A stretch of 64,000 nucleotides of DNA from NCBI GenBank assembly GCA_964016885.1, contig OZ024753.1, positions 46,004,001-46,068,000 of the forward strand, read 5' to 3'. This document shows positions 1 through 16,294 of this stretch, in pieces. Both the position numbers and the translations under genes were made by a program. Source of the stretch: Eledone cirrhosa (taxonomy: Eukaryota). Below the pieces are notes generated by a model that was not told where the DNA came from, ran no database searches, and was given only the letters and a program-made list of their open reading frames with translations. Within the stretch, counting starts at the first letter, position 1. Each line of letters begins with the position of its first letter.

Positions 1-252
1 AGTCTAGGAATCGTACCCACGGCATTATGATCTTAAGTCCACAGCACTTACACGCCTCCACACCATTTATAGAACAGTGGAAGTAGAACTAAATCATAAA
101 TTACCTCAGTTGTGTTTTCCATAGATATCTTTGTTACAATTACTGCTTCTGCTGTTTGGAACCATATCGTGTATATTTGACCAAACTTTTCACCACAAAG
201 ACACACTAAACATTTGACTGGTCAAAGGGTGTTTATATCTGCATTATAATTA

Positions 253-436
253 GGCGGTGAATTGGCAGTATCGGTAGAGGGTCGGACACCATGTTTACCA
301 GCATAGTTGCGTCCCTTTACGGTCTGAATTCAAATCCCGTCGAGGTTAACTTTACCTTTCATCCTTACAGGGTCGATAAAAGAAAGCACTAGTAACGTAC
401 CGGGTAATTGCTGGCCTCGTGCCAAAAGTAGAAACA
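253..436 (+). mobile_element. tRNA-derived SINE (Meta/MESC-core-like), full length
   Basis: A-box-like tggcagtatcgg, B-box-like aattcaaatcc, core cctttcatccttacagggtcgataaaa, 3' end gtagaaacaattat. TSD attataattagg (243-254) / attatagttagg (437-448). At least nine copies in the window. Confidence 0.85.
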
Positions 437-927
437 ATTATAGTTAGGTATATCAGCTCGTGGTGGGGCGAGATATATAACAGTTATGAATAGAATGTGA
501 AACATCTATTTATAAGATCACACATGTTGTTGAGTTATGCAAGCAGAATGCAGTAGCTCTAATGGGGGAAATCGAAACCATGATATTACAATCCCTGACA
601 CAAAATCTATGATTGCAATAAAATTTTACTATGTTTTGGTTGACCGAACTGGAAACGAAAGAAAACTAACAGCAACTCTAATAATAGTTTGCATAATTAA
701 GTTTCTTCGTCTCAACCGCACAGTTGAGTAATACCATCCATCCGTATATCTTACAAATTAATTCGTCTGATTAAATTTCCATTGGATTATATATCACGTA
801 ATAAACGTGTAGAAATCATATATCTTATAGATTGCTTTATCTCATTTCTTATCAATTCATCTTCATCTCATCTCTTTTACTTTAGTCATTCACTTATACA
901 TTTCTTCAGCCTCTGATCGAAACTTAC

Positions 928-1112
928 TTCTATTTGAGAAGGGGAGGGGGTGATCCTGTTGGTGGTGGTGTTGGTGGTGTTGGTGGTGGTGGTTGTGGTG
1001 GTGCTGCTGCTGCTGGTTGTGCTGGTGGTAGTGGTGGTGGTGTTGGTGGTACTGTTGGTGATGGTACTGGTGGTGGTGGTGCTGGTTGTGCTGGTGATAG
1101 TGGTGCTTCTGG

Positions 1113-1143
<31 letters not shown>

Positions 1144-1300
1144 GGTGGTGGTAGTGGTGGTAGTGATGGTGGTGGTGGTGCTGCTGCTGCTGGTGGTGGT
1201 AGTGTGGTGGCGCTGGTGCTAGTAGTGTGCTGGTGGTAGTGTGGTGGTGCTGGTGGTAGGTGTATAGATGTATTGGTGGGGGTGCGCCGTGTATTACTGT
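928..1300 (-). CDS. Candidate 373-nt exon over a degenerate (ACC)n tract; His/Gln-rich or Pro-rich reading
   Basis: Minus-strand acceptor tttattttatttcgcccAG (exon starts at 1300) and donor GTAAGT (927-922). The His/Gln frame is open throughout; the Pro frame stops 2 nt before the donor. Low complexity, no homology recognised. Confidence 0.3.
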
Positions 1301-2156
1301 CTGGGCGAAATAAAATAAATGTGATCTGAATGTGTACGTTTGTGTGTGCATGTGTGTGCACGTGTGCGAGAGTGAGTGTGTGAGTTTATGTGTGTTTGTA
1401 AGTGCATGCCTGTAAGTGTGTGTGTGTATGTGAGTGCATGCATGTAAGTGTGTGTTGTTTTCTCTGGTAATTTAAAAATCAATCAAGTCATGACACAAAC
1501 AAAACTAGAACACTAACGAATATAACTGGAGGATACGATTCTTTATCAAACGTTACAATATCTTTACTTTACTTGATATCGATTCACGTTTGACGAGGTA
1601 ACATTGTGTTTAATGTAACAATCAGGAAACCGTAGTTAATATTCACTCATTCCTTTCAATAGTTCATTCTTCCTTTCTGCCTTTCTGTCTTTATTTGTTT
1701 ATTTATTACTTATTTACTCTCTTTCTCTCATTTATTTATTCAACTATATATTTATTGTTTCGTTATCTTTTCATATTGCTAGAGTTATCTTTTCTTCTTT
1801 TGTTTCGGGACATGTTTATATTTAATTCTTTGATTTTCTTTCAATATGTATTACTCACAGTATTATTTTTATTATTAATACTAACATTATTATTTTCATT
1901 AAAATTCTTTGTTGTAGAAGTTGCTGGGGTTTTTTTTTTATTTTCATTAAATAAAGTATGTTTTTGTTTCATTCATCTTTTACATTAGGAATAGCTTTAG
2001 TGATTATGCTTTCATGTTTCCTAATGTAAATGATAAATGAGATAACATGTCGCTGTTTCTATACACAGTTACACAGTTAGACACACAGACAGACATGACC
2101 TGTGAGGTTTTAAACATACCTTCCTCTTACAGCACTTCCCCTCATTATCAGTGCGT

Positions 2157-2387
2157 GTGTATATATATTATATATATATATATATAAATATAATATTTAT
2201 ATATATATATATATATATAATATTTATATATATATATATATTATATTTATATTATATATATTATATTTATATTATATTTATATATATATATATATATAAT
2301 ATATATAATATTTATATATATATATATATATATTATATTTATATTATATTTATATATTTATATATATATATATTATATTTATATTAA

Positions 2388-2418
<31 letters not shown>

Positions 2419-2606
2419 TTCTATTATATTTATATATATATATATATTATATTTCTATTAAATATATATATATATATATTATATTTCTATTATATTTATA
2501 TATATATATATATATTATATTTATATTATATTTATATATATATATATATATTATATTTATATTAAATATATATATATATATATATTAATATTAAATATAT
2601 ATATAT

Positions 2607-2638
<32 letters not shown>

Positions 2639-2693
2639 ATTATATATATATATATTATATATATATATATTATATATATATATATATTATATA

Positions 2694-2738
<45 letters not shown>
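2157..2738. repeat. (TA)n microsatellite flanking the 5' end of the Penelope-like element
   Basis: Interrupted TA run directly abutting the pLTR. Confidence 0.95.
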
Positions 2739-3029
2739 AAATAGGTCCTCAGTAATATTATTCGGATGAAATGACAGTAAATAATAACATTGAAATATTG
2801 AATGGCTGCATAACTAAAAGTTTGTAGATAGCTGTTTTAGGTTATGTAACTGTTATAGAAACACGTGTCAATAAATTCCTTTCAACTAAACTGTATCCAT
2901 TCAAATCTTTCTATTTTTCTCCGGATTACTTTTGGAACTACAACTGGAACCGTCGAGCAAACTCTACGTGAGCTGATAATCTACTGTGTGTAATATTTAT
3001 ATTACAACACAACGGAAAATACTGTATAT
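2738..3029 (+). repeat. 5' pLTR of the PLE
   Basis: Matches 6219-6510 (offset 3481) with a few substitutions, e.g. cggatga vs ctgatga and ggattac vs ggactac. Confidence 0.95.
2758..2874 (+). ncRNA. Hammerhead ribozyme in the 5' pLTR with a mutated core (probably inactive)
   Basis: Same fold as 6239-6355, but the core reads CGGATGA (2763-2769). GAAACACGTGTC is at 2858-2869. Confidence 0.65.
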
Positions 3030-3078
3030 TTACCTCCTGTAAAGTCGAGCAACCCACACAGCAAACGCAACCACAACA

Positions 3079-5364
3079 ATGGAAAAACACTACCTGGATA
3101 TGTCACTCAAAAACATACCAACCCAAGGTAGAAAGGAATATTTATTGAGCATGATTCAAAAAACTAATGAATTCATTCGACGTGTCAGGTGGAAAACGCT
3201 CCACTATGATAGAAGCCGTATGAACTCAACATTAGAAAGTGGTGTAAACAACAAATTCGGTTTTAGGACTTGTAAAAACCCACCCACCAACCCACTATTA
3301 GATGCATTTGAGCAGGACCTTATGAACTTAATCCTTAAAATTAAATTCAAAGGACGCAACACCAACAGCAAATTACAGAAAGATATAAAAAAAACTACTG
3401 GACGACCTTAAAAACACCAAAGGAATTGTAGTAAAAGCGGACAAAACATCAAACCTGTACACTATGGATTGCACTACATACAACAACTTCATTCGAAAAG
3501 AATTACATAAAAAATATAGAAAAACGAGTGAAGTAACCCTTAAGCACATCAATGATGAGGCATGCGAAATAGTGAAAAATCTCGGAATCGAAGATAGGAC
3601 AGGATTACAAGGTAAACTTTGATAATGACCCTAAAATTAGATTAATCTGCCCCTCTAAATCAGATATAGGTAAAATAAGCAAATATATCTTAGATAGAAT
3701 CATCCCCCAAATTAAGGCTAAGGTTAACATTAAACTCTGGGGGAAGACCCAAGAAGCAATAAGATGGTTTAATAGCATTAGCAATAAGAATAAATCTAAG
3801 TTTATCCAGTTTGATATCGATGAATATTACTCATCGATATCACCTGAAACTTTGAATAGAGCCATTAAGTTTGCTAAGGATAACTCTGACCTTACAAACG
3901 ATGAAATTAAGATTATATTAGAAGCTAGGAAAACTATAGTCAAATTTGAGAACAGTTATTGGGTACGTAAAGATAGACCCTCTAACTTTGACATAACAAT
4001 GGGCTCTAACGATTCGGCGGAAATAACTGATATTGTGGGGTTATTTATCGCCTTTAGACTCCAGGAAAAATTCAGCAATCTCCACGGCGGAATATACCGC
4101 GACGATGTTCTCCTCCTAGCTAAAAACCTTAATAACCAAAAACTAGAAAAACTACGCAAAGATATAAGAAAACTACTACTCGAAATAGGACTAACTATAA
4201 CATATGAATACAACCTTAAAGTAGTTAACTTCCTGGATGTCACACTCAATTTAAACTCTGGTTTGATTAAACCGTTTCATAAATTGAATGAAAATCTCAA
4301 ATACGTAAATGTTGGGTCTAACCACCCCATCTCTATAATTAAATCTATCCCTAAAAATATTTCCCTTAGAATCTCGGGTCTATCTTCTAACATACAAGTA
4401 TTTAAGGAACACGCCGAGTACTACGATAACGCCCTTAGTAAAGCAGGCTACCTCAACAAAATAGAGTACATAGATGGGAACAATCAAAACACCCAAAATA
4501 AATCCCACATAGGTAGATATAATAACACAACACCAAACCACACTTACTACCATAGTATGCACACCAGTAAACCAACAAACAAAACTAATAGAAAGCGATG
4601 CAAAGAGTACTTATGGTATAACCCCGAATACAATAGCTCCATTAGTACAAATTTACCAGTACTCTTCTTTAAAATAATTAAAAGACATTTTCCCACATCA
4701 CACAAATACCACAAAATCCTAAACCCTACCACTATAAGACTGTCATACTCTACAGCGTTAAACCTTGAACAACACATAAAAAAGATCAATACTAGAAGGT
4801 TAAACGAAAACACTAAGAACTTAAGTACAAAGAACTCAAAAAAAAACAGTAGACAATACACTACAGAACATAAATAAACCACACCTAAGTTCGTCCGCAA
4901 TACTACTCCAGAGAAAACCCAACGTACACAACTGTAACTGCACCTATCCTGACAACTGCCCCCTCGGCAATAACTGCCTGGAAAAAAATATTATTTATAA
5001 GTGTACCATTAAATCCGGAGGCAACGAGTGGTATTACGTGGGATCAACGGCAACATCGTTTAAATCTCGATTGTATAGGCATTCTTACTCAATAAAACAC
5101 CAGAGCCAAAGAAATGTAACAACTTTAGCAGAAAAAGCTTGGACGCTCAGGGATAGCAATCAAAACTTTACCCTAAAATGGGAAAAATTAGCTAAAACCC
5201 AAAGCTTTTCCAGGAGCCAAAATTTCTGCAAATTGTGTAATCTTGAGATTTATTACATAATCACACACAAGAAGAAACTGCTGAATAACAGAAATGAACG
5301 AACATTATTCTGCCGTCACAGAACTAAAACCCTTTTTTCCCACTACAAGCCGAATATTACATAA
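3079..5364 (+). pseudogene. PLE reverse transcriptase-GIY-YIG endonuclease polyprotein with three frame breaks
   Basis: Reconstructed motifs: MSLKNIP, VVKADKTSNLY, KIRLICPSKSDIGKISK, FIQFDIDEYYSSI, ITMGS, IYRDD, VNFLDV, CNCTYPDNCPLGNNC, NIIY...YYVG, FKSR...H, CKLCNLE, CRHR. Frame breaks are at the A8 run (3387-3394), at ~3600 (apparent small deletion) and at the A9 run (4838-4846). Confidence 0.92.
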
Positions 5365-5631
5365 AAGAGGGACATCCCCCAACTATATAAACCTTAATCT
5401 AGTTAGAAAAATATAAAAACAATCTCTTCTCAACATATATTAATAACCTTAAATTACCATACTAATAATGAAAAGATATGCTGATGAGAATAGGTACAAA
5501 TATGCGATAATGAATGTGTCTAAAAACGTCCATAAGTATGTATATATATGTGAAAATGTATATAAATAAGTAAATATATATATATGTTTGATGTGTATAG
5601 TTAGATGTAAGTGTATTCATGTATTAAAGTG

Positions 5632-5676
<45 letters not shown>

Positions 5677-6218
5677 ATGTATGTATGTGTATATGGATGT
5701 GTATGTATGTGTATGGGTGTACACATGGACTAGAGTATGTATGTATATATGTGTGTGTCTATACGTGTGTATATAAAGATAAGTTGAGTATGAAAATGTA
5801 TACACATGAGCGCGTATGTATGTACATGAATACATGTGTGTATATATATGTGTATGCATGTGTATATATATGTAAGTATGAATATGTGAATTGTGAGTAT
5901 ATGTATTTTGTAGAGGTGTGCAAATATATTTGTGTGTGAATGCGTGGGTGAAAGGATACGTACACTTGAAAGAAAAATTTAAGTCTGAATGTTAATTAAG
6001 TGCAAACACAAAACCAACCACGCATATCTTTACTATCTCTAATCCTTCTATAGATTTAGAAAAATAACCAATAATATATTCTATAAAAAATGTCAAAACA
6101 ACAGATGGGAATCTAATTACTCACTGCCACCAAGAATTCTCACTGCTATCGAAAAACCACTCCTTCAACTATTCTTCTAACAACTTCACCCCTCCCTCCT
6201 AATATTCTCTATAAAAAC

Positions 6219-6510
6219 TAAATAGGTCCTCAGTAATATTATTCTGATGAAATGACAGTAAATAATAACATTGAAATATTGAATGTCTGCATAACTAAAA
6301 GTTTGTAGATAGCTGTTTTAGGTTATGTAACTGTTATGGAAACACGTGTCAATAAATTCCTTTCAACTAAACTGTATCCATTCAAATCTTTCTATTTTTC
6401 TCCGGACTACTTTTGGAACTACAACTGGAACCGTCGAGCAAACTCTACGTGAGCTGATAATCTACTGTGTGTAATATTTATATTACAACACAACGGAAAA
6501 TACTGTATAT
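6219..6510 (+). repeat. 3' pLTR of the PLE
   Basis: Direct repeat of 2738-3029, running into (TA)n. Confidence 0.95.
6239..6355 (+). ncRNA. Type I hammerhead ribozyme with extended stem II in the 3' pLTR
   Basis: Stem I ttatt/aataa; CTGATGA 6244-6250; stem II atgacagt (6252-6259) / actgttat (6330-6337) enclosing an inner hairpin; GAAA 6339-6342; palindromic stem III ACACGTGT; GUC cleavage triplet ending at 6350. Confidence 0.75.
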
Positions 6511-6535
6511 ATATATTATATATATATACATATAT

Positions 6536-6566
<31 letters not shown>

Positions 6567-6874
6567 ATATTATATTTATATATATATATATATTATATAT
6601 ATATATATATATTATATATATATATATATATTATATATATATATATATATTATATATATATATATTATATATTATATATTATATATATATTATATATATA
6701 TATATATATTATATATATATATTATATATATATATATATATTATATATATATATATTATATATTATATATATATTATATATATATATATATATTATATAT
6801 ATATATTATATATATATATATTATATATATATATTATATATATATATTATATATATATATATATATATTATATT

Positions 6875-6907
<33 letters not shown>

Positions 6908-6930
6908 TATATAATATATATATATATAAT

Positions 6931-6964
<34 letters not shown>

Positions 6965-6995
6965 AATATAATATATATATATATATATATATAAT

Positions 6996-7027
<32 letters not shown>

Positions 7028-7148
7028 ATATATATATATAATATATATATATATAATATATATATATAATATATATATATATATATAATATATATATAAT
7101 ATATAATATATAATATATATATATATAATATATATATATATAATATAT

Positions 7149-7180
<32 letters not shown>

Positions 7181-7400
7181 ATATATATATATATATAAAT
7201 ATAATATAAATATAATATATATATATAATATATATATATAATATATATATATATATAATATATGTATATATATATAATATATATATACAGTATTTTCCGT
7301 TGTGTTGTAATATAAATATTACACACAGTAGATTATCAGCTCACGTAGAGTTTGCTCGACGGTTCCAGTTGTAGTTCCAAAAGTAGTCCGGAGAAAAATA
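6393..7400. repeat. ~1-kb palindrome: 3' part of the pLTR plus (TA)n and its inverted copy
   Basis: 7283-7400 is the reverse complement of 6393-6510. Landmark pairs sum to 13793, including C6529/G7264 inside the TA tract. Confidence 0.9.
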
Positions 7401-12055
<4,655 letters not shown>

Positions 12056-12147
12056 CGTAGGTCCCGGGTTGAGTTGGGGATAACCACAGTAAGTAAGGTA
12101 CTCAATATATGGCAGAGTAAAATTTTAGTCCTGTAGAAGCTCCTTCC

Positions 12148-12208
<61 letters not shown>

Positions 12209-12792
12209 TCTAATATTTAGGAATATTAGGAAAAGAGTAATAACGTGTCGGACACTATTCCTTCAACAGAAGATAAAATGAGAAATAAAAGATGAAATAG
12301 CAAGATAGTGAGAAGGAACGGAACGGTAAATATTTGAGAAAAATCGCCTGTATTTAGTTAGGAATGTTGGGGGAGGTGAGTATGGATGTGTCTATGTGAG
12401 TGTGTATGTAAGTATGTATGTGTGTGTCTTGCCTCGTACTTACCCTTTCCACCCATCGGTTATTTCTCTCTTTTGCTCGTCCTGCTCACTCTCTCACTAG
12501 TTACAAACATTCTCATATTTTTCAACTACTCCAGTAATTCTTTGACAATTTGCGGGTACCTTGAATACACAATACGATAGAATCCACCTAACACCCGTTC
12601 CTTTCTCTCTCTTTCATTTCACTCACTTCTAGATTATGTTTCACACTAACTTCATCTCACGAGAGGTCATTGTTTTCATTTTATTCTAATTCACTCCTAT
12701 CAACTTTATTTCTCTTTCTAGAATATATTATATATCTATCGTATCTTGTTACCATCTGCTTAGCTTTCTTGATTCTCGCTTCATCACCCACG

Positions 12793-12904
12793 CTGCCACA
12801 TAACCACACCGCCACATAACTACACCGCCACATAACTACACCGCCACATAACTACACGCCACATAACCACACCGTCACATAACCACACCGTCACATAACC
12901 ACAC
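12793..12904 (+). repeat. 16-bp minisatellite, about 7 copies
   Basis: Unit ccgccacataactaca and variants. Confidence 0.9.
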
Positions 12905-13142
12905 AAACCATACGAACAAAACTATTTTGATATTCCATATTCCAATCATTTCTTCTTACTCTCATTCACTCTATCTAATATTTAGCCTACAAATATGTTT
13001 CTGTCTCTCACTCTTTCTTATTCACTTTTTTCTATACAATTCACATTTCTCATTCATATTGTATAAGATTTCTCAGTTTATGTATATTCAAGTAAACACT
13101 GATCCATCATAGTATATTATCCTGGTTGATATTTCCATCTAC

Positions 13143-13174
<32 letters not shown>

Positions 13175-13178
<4 letters not shown>

Positions 13179-14155
13179 ATCTCTTTCTCTTAATTTCGAG
13201 TATAATTTTTTGACCGGCCACCTTCCTGGTGGCAAAGTTGTAAAAGAAAAGAAATTGTCATCGCTTGAATCGCAAGAATGTTTTGCAAATTTTGAAGGTG
13301 CCAGCTATTGCAACCATTTGCAGATTATGAATTAGGGAGCTGCGCTCTTTGTCTGCAAATCCAAATTCAGTCATACTTTGGTCCAAGCGGGTTTGTATAT
13401 AACCCGTAGCTCCAATAATGATGGGTATGAAGCTAAAGGTGTATCTTGGATACTGGATTTGTAAACTCCTCATCAATGGTCCGTAGATGTCCTCCTTCTC
13501 CTGTATTTTTCTGATAACGTTTACATCAAGTGGGCAGCTGATCTCCACAACAGAACACGTTTTCAATGTGTGGTCCCAAACAACAATATCAGGCCGGTTG
13601 TGCTTTAATTTGGTGGCAGTTTTTATTTTCTGGTTCCACCAGTATTCCTTAGTGCTATCTGTCTCAATATATTCTTCCTCGTTTGTTGTTAATTTTGTTT
13701 TCCAAAGTGCGTTCCAGATGGTTCTAGCTATCCCATCGTGTCTCATAGGAAGGTAGTAGCGAGATGACATTCTTTCGCAGCTGGCAAAAATGTGGCTTAC
13801 ATCCTCGATCTTTGTTTTACATAGCCTACATTTATTGTCAGCTGATGGCCCTCCCCTTTTGTGCAGCAGATATTTGGTAAGGAGTTCTTGATCCTGTATT
13901 GCATATAGATATCCCTCAAGGTGTGATGTCATAAACTTGTCGGAACTCCATGCCATGCTTTCTGAGTGGTTTATCCTCTCTATGGTCTGTGTTTTACGTC
14001 TCAAGTACCCATGCACAACTTTTTCTGTAAATTGGTCAATTTGTTCATCTTATTTGAACACTGAATAGGATCTTCCGATTTCTCTGAGTGAGAGATTTAT
14101 ATCAGGCTTTATTCCATATCTCTCCTCCAGATCAGTGGCTATTCTAATGATGCAT
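13175..14155 (-). mobile_element. 5'-truncated RLE-type non-LTR retrotransposon (R4/Dong-like): zinc knuckle, restriction-like endonuclease and 3' UTR
   Basis: ORF 13258-14016 has AIQDQ, CRLC...HIFASC (CCHC), RHD, RPDIVV, VEISCP, K..EK...Y and PIIIGATG. The same frame continues upstream past one stop (14050-14052). The short 3' UTR has a gccacc/ggtggc hairpin and ends at (TA)n. Confidence 0.88.
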
Positions 14156-14185
14156 GCATGCATGTATGTATGCATGTATGTATGT

Positions 14186-14553
14186 ATTCTAGGAGAAGGA
14201 AAACTGATATAACACCTGCAGCCCTGATGGTATCCAATGATGTTGACTTGTTCTTCTTTTTGGTAAATATCATCTTGGTTAAGAGGGTGGGACTGGCTTT
14301 GTGCAGTGCCTTTGCTCACTATAAAAGCTTCATGGCACAGGCATTGCTTTATATCTGGAGATCTCTCTGCACTTGTTGTCACATGGTACCATGGGCCCAG
14401 CACTATGTGTCAATAATTGTCACAGGTGTAGTGTTAGTACCAGAGTTTTCAAGTCGCTGGCTGGACTAAAAAGTCACACTCGTTCAGCGCATCGGTAGGG
14501 GTTCTCCTACATATAAAGTAGTGGCCGTACTCGAAAACGAGTTGGCAGCCACC
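14186..14553 (+). mobile_element. Non-autonomous RTE-derived element, 5'-truncated copy
   Basis: Highly similar to the 3' part of 14600-15208; followed by an (ATGT)n tail. Confidence 0.85.
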
Positions 14554-14599
14554 ATGTATGTATGTATGTATGTATGTATGTATGTATGTATGTATGTAT

Positions 14600-15208
14600 G
14601 TCAGGTCACCAGTTGGTGCTACTGGTAACATGTATCCCAGTACAACCTGTCTCATGGTTGGGTCGTTGGCGACTAAACTCTGCAACCCCACCAAGGTTTC
14701 TTGGTGAGGAGGGTGACTTTGGACATCCTGCAGGACTAAAGACAAAACCTGTCAAAGGGCAAAGGAGCTCTTAAGAGTCAATGGCCATCCAAAATCACTG
14801 GGAGAGATGACCCCTTAGCCTTTGTCAAGGCAGAATTCTTGGAGAAGGAAAACTCTGATATAACATCTGCAACTCTGATGGTATCCAATGATGTTGACTT
14901 GTTCTTCTTTTTGGTAAATATCATCTTGGTTAAGAGAGTGGGACTGGCTTTGTGCAGTGCCTTTGCTCACTATGAAAGCATCACGGCACAGGCATTGCTT
15001 TATATCTGGAGATCTCTCTGCACTTGTCCTCACATGGTACCATGGGCCCAGCACTATGTGTCAATAATTGTCACAAGTGTAGTGTTTGTACCAGAGTTTT
15101 CAAGTCGCTGGCTGGACTAAAATGTCACACTCGTTCAGCACATCGGTAGGAGATCTCCTACATGGATGTAAAGTAGTGGCCGTACTCGAAAACGAGTAGG
15201 CAGCCACC
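14600..15208 (+). mobile_element. Non-autonomous bipartite RTE-derived element, full length (~610 bp)
   Basis: Same ends as the copy at 47151-47755. The 5' part has ggagaaggaaaactctga (RTE 5'UTR-like). The 3' part encodes a C2H2 remnant ([21 protein letters not shown]), then the hairpin ctcg-aaaa-cgag and an (ATGT)n tail. Confidence 0.85.
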
Positions 15209-16247
15209 ATGTATGTATGTATGTATGTATGTATGTGTGTGTGTGTGCGTGTGAGTATGTGTCAGTGTGATAAAGGGTGGATGTGCATAAGGAGGGTTTG
15301 TTATTTTCTGATGGGGGGAGCAAAGAGTTTTGTTATTCCTATTTTCATTAATCAGTTGCTACTGCTGGAGAAAGTTCTAAGATTCTGTGGAATCAGTTAA
15401 CATTAGAATCTCACCGATAGCTTGATAGATAATTACGGGTTATGATTTCTAAAGCAGGAATCGAACTCAAACTGCATTCTCTGATCTTTTCATCGACCAT
15501 CATTGTTTATAGTCAGTGCTCTTACCTTCGAAGTCACCTAATTTTGCTGTTTTAAAATCATTCGAAAACTATATCCCATTAATGCTTCATATCATCGCTA
15601 CATCACATAATTTTGTATTCTAAATATTTTGATTGTGTTGTTCTTATCTATATAATGTTTTTACCTTTAATTCTTTTGAGAGATCCGACTGGTGACGGAC
15701 TATAATGGCACCAACGAAATATCGAACCACTACTTTCCAGGAAATTATAAAAAAGGGGGAAAAGTAAAATCAAATTTATACAAATTAAACTCGGTTTAGA
15801 GTGCCTCCGAAATAGATATCTTAAATATTTTAATAAATGAGATTTTTTTCATTTTTCAATATCCTAATTAAAGCTCATTGTCAGAAAGTGTAGAATTATT
15901 TGACATATATTCTATAGAATCATAATTTTAATTGACAAAATCAGTTGTTCTCGATGTCAGTGGCATCTGTGGTTGTCGCTTCCCTTAACCGAACTTGTTT
16001 AAATGTCAGTCGATGTTTAGAATCAATTGTGTTTAAAATCAATTGTGGTGCATGGTTTTCAACAACAATCATCACACGCCACACCACATCCACACATACA
16101 CTCTTACTAATGAATATTTTCTATGAGAAGCTTGAGGGTAAAATCAATTAAAAAATGGTATTATTAAATGCCTTTCAGTTGAGGTTACGTATGAATATTA
16201 CATATATAATATAATATATGTTTCGCATAATATAACATACACTATTG

Positions 16248-16294
<47 letters not shown>

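Larger units (their letters stand above)
2738..6510 (+). mobile_element. Penelope-like retroelement (PLE), Naiad-type architecture, with direct pLTRs
   Basis: 292-bp direct repeats 2738-3029 and 6219-6510 enclose an RT + GIY-YIG coding region and a ~850-bp 3' non-coding region. (TA)n lies on both sides. Confidence 0.93.

Noticed and set aside
4930-5520. Selenocysteine recoding and SECIS, as reported for some Naiad PLEs
   Set aside because: All conserved Cys codons in the linker and endonuclease are TGT/TGC, with no in-frame TGA at those sites. No convincing SECIS fold follows the stop.
6244-6285. Shorter hammerhead fold using GAAA at 6273
   Set aside because: It would need a UUG cleavage triplet and a weaker stem I. 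The long-stem-II fold gives canonical GUC and a palindromic stem III.
14600-14700. HDV-like ribozyme at the 5' end of the RTE-derived element
   Set aside because: Only partial P1-like and P3-like pairings were found; P2, P1.1 and J4/2 could not be assigned.
14050-15120. Repeated ORFs (MLGPWYHV..., MVSNDVDLFFF...) as a gene family
   Set aside because: They are alternative frames of the multi-copy non-autonomous retroelement.
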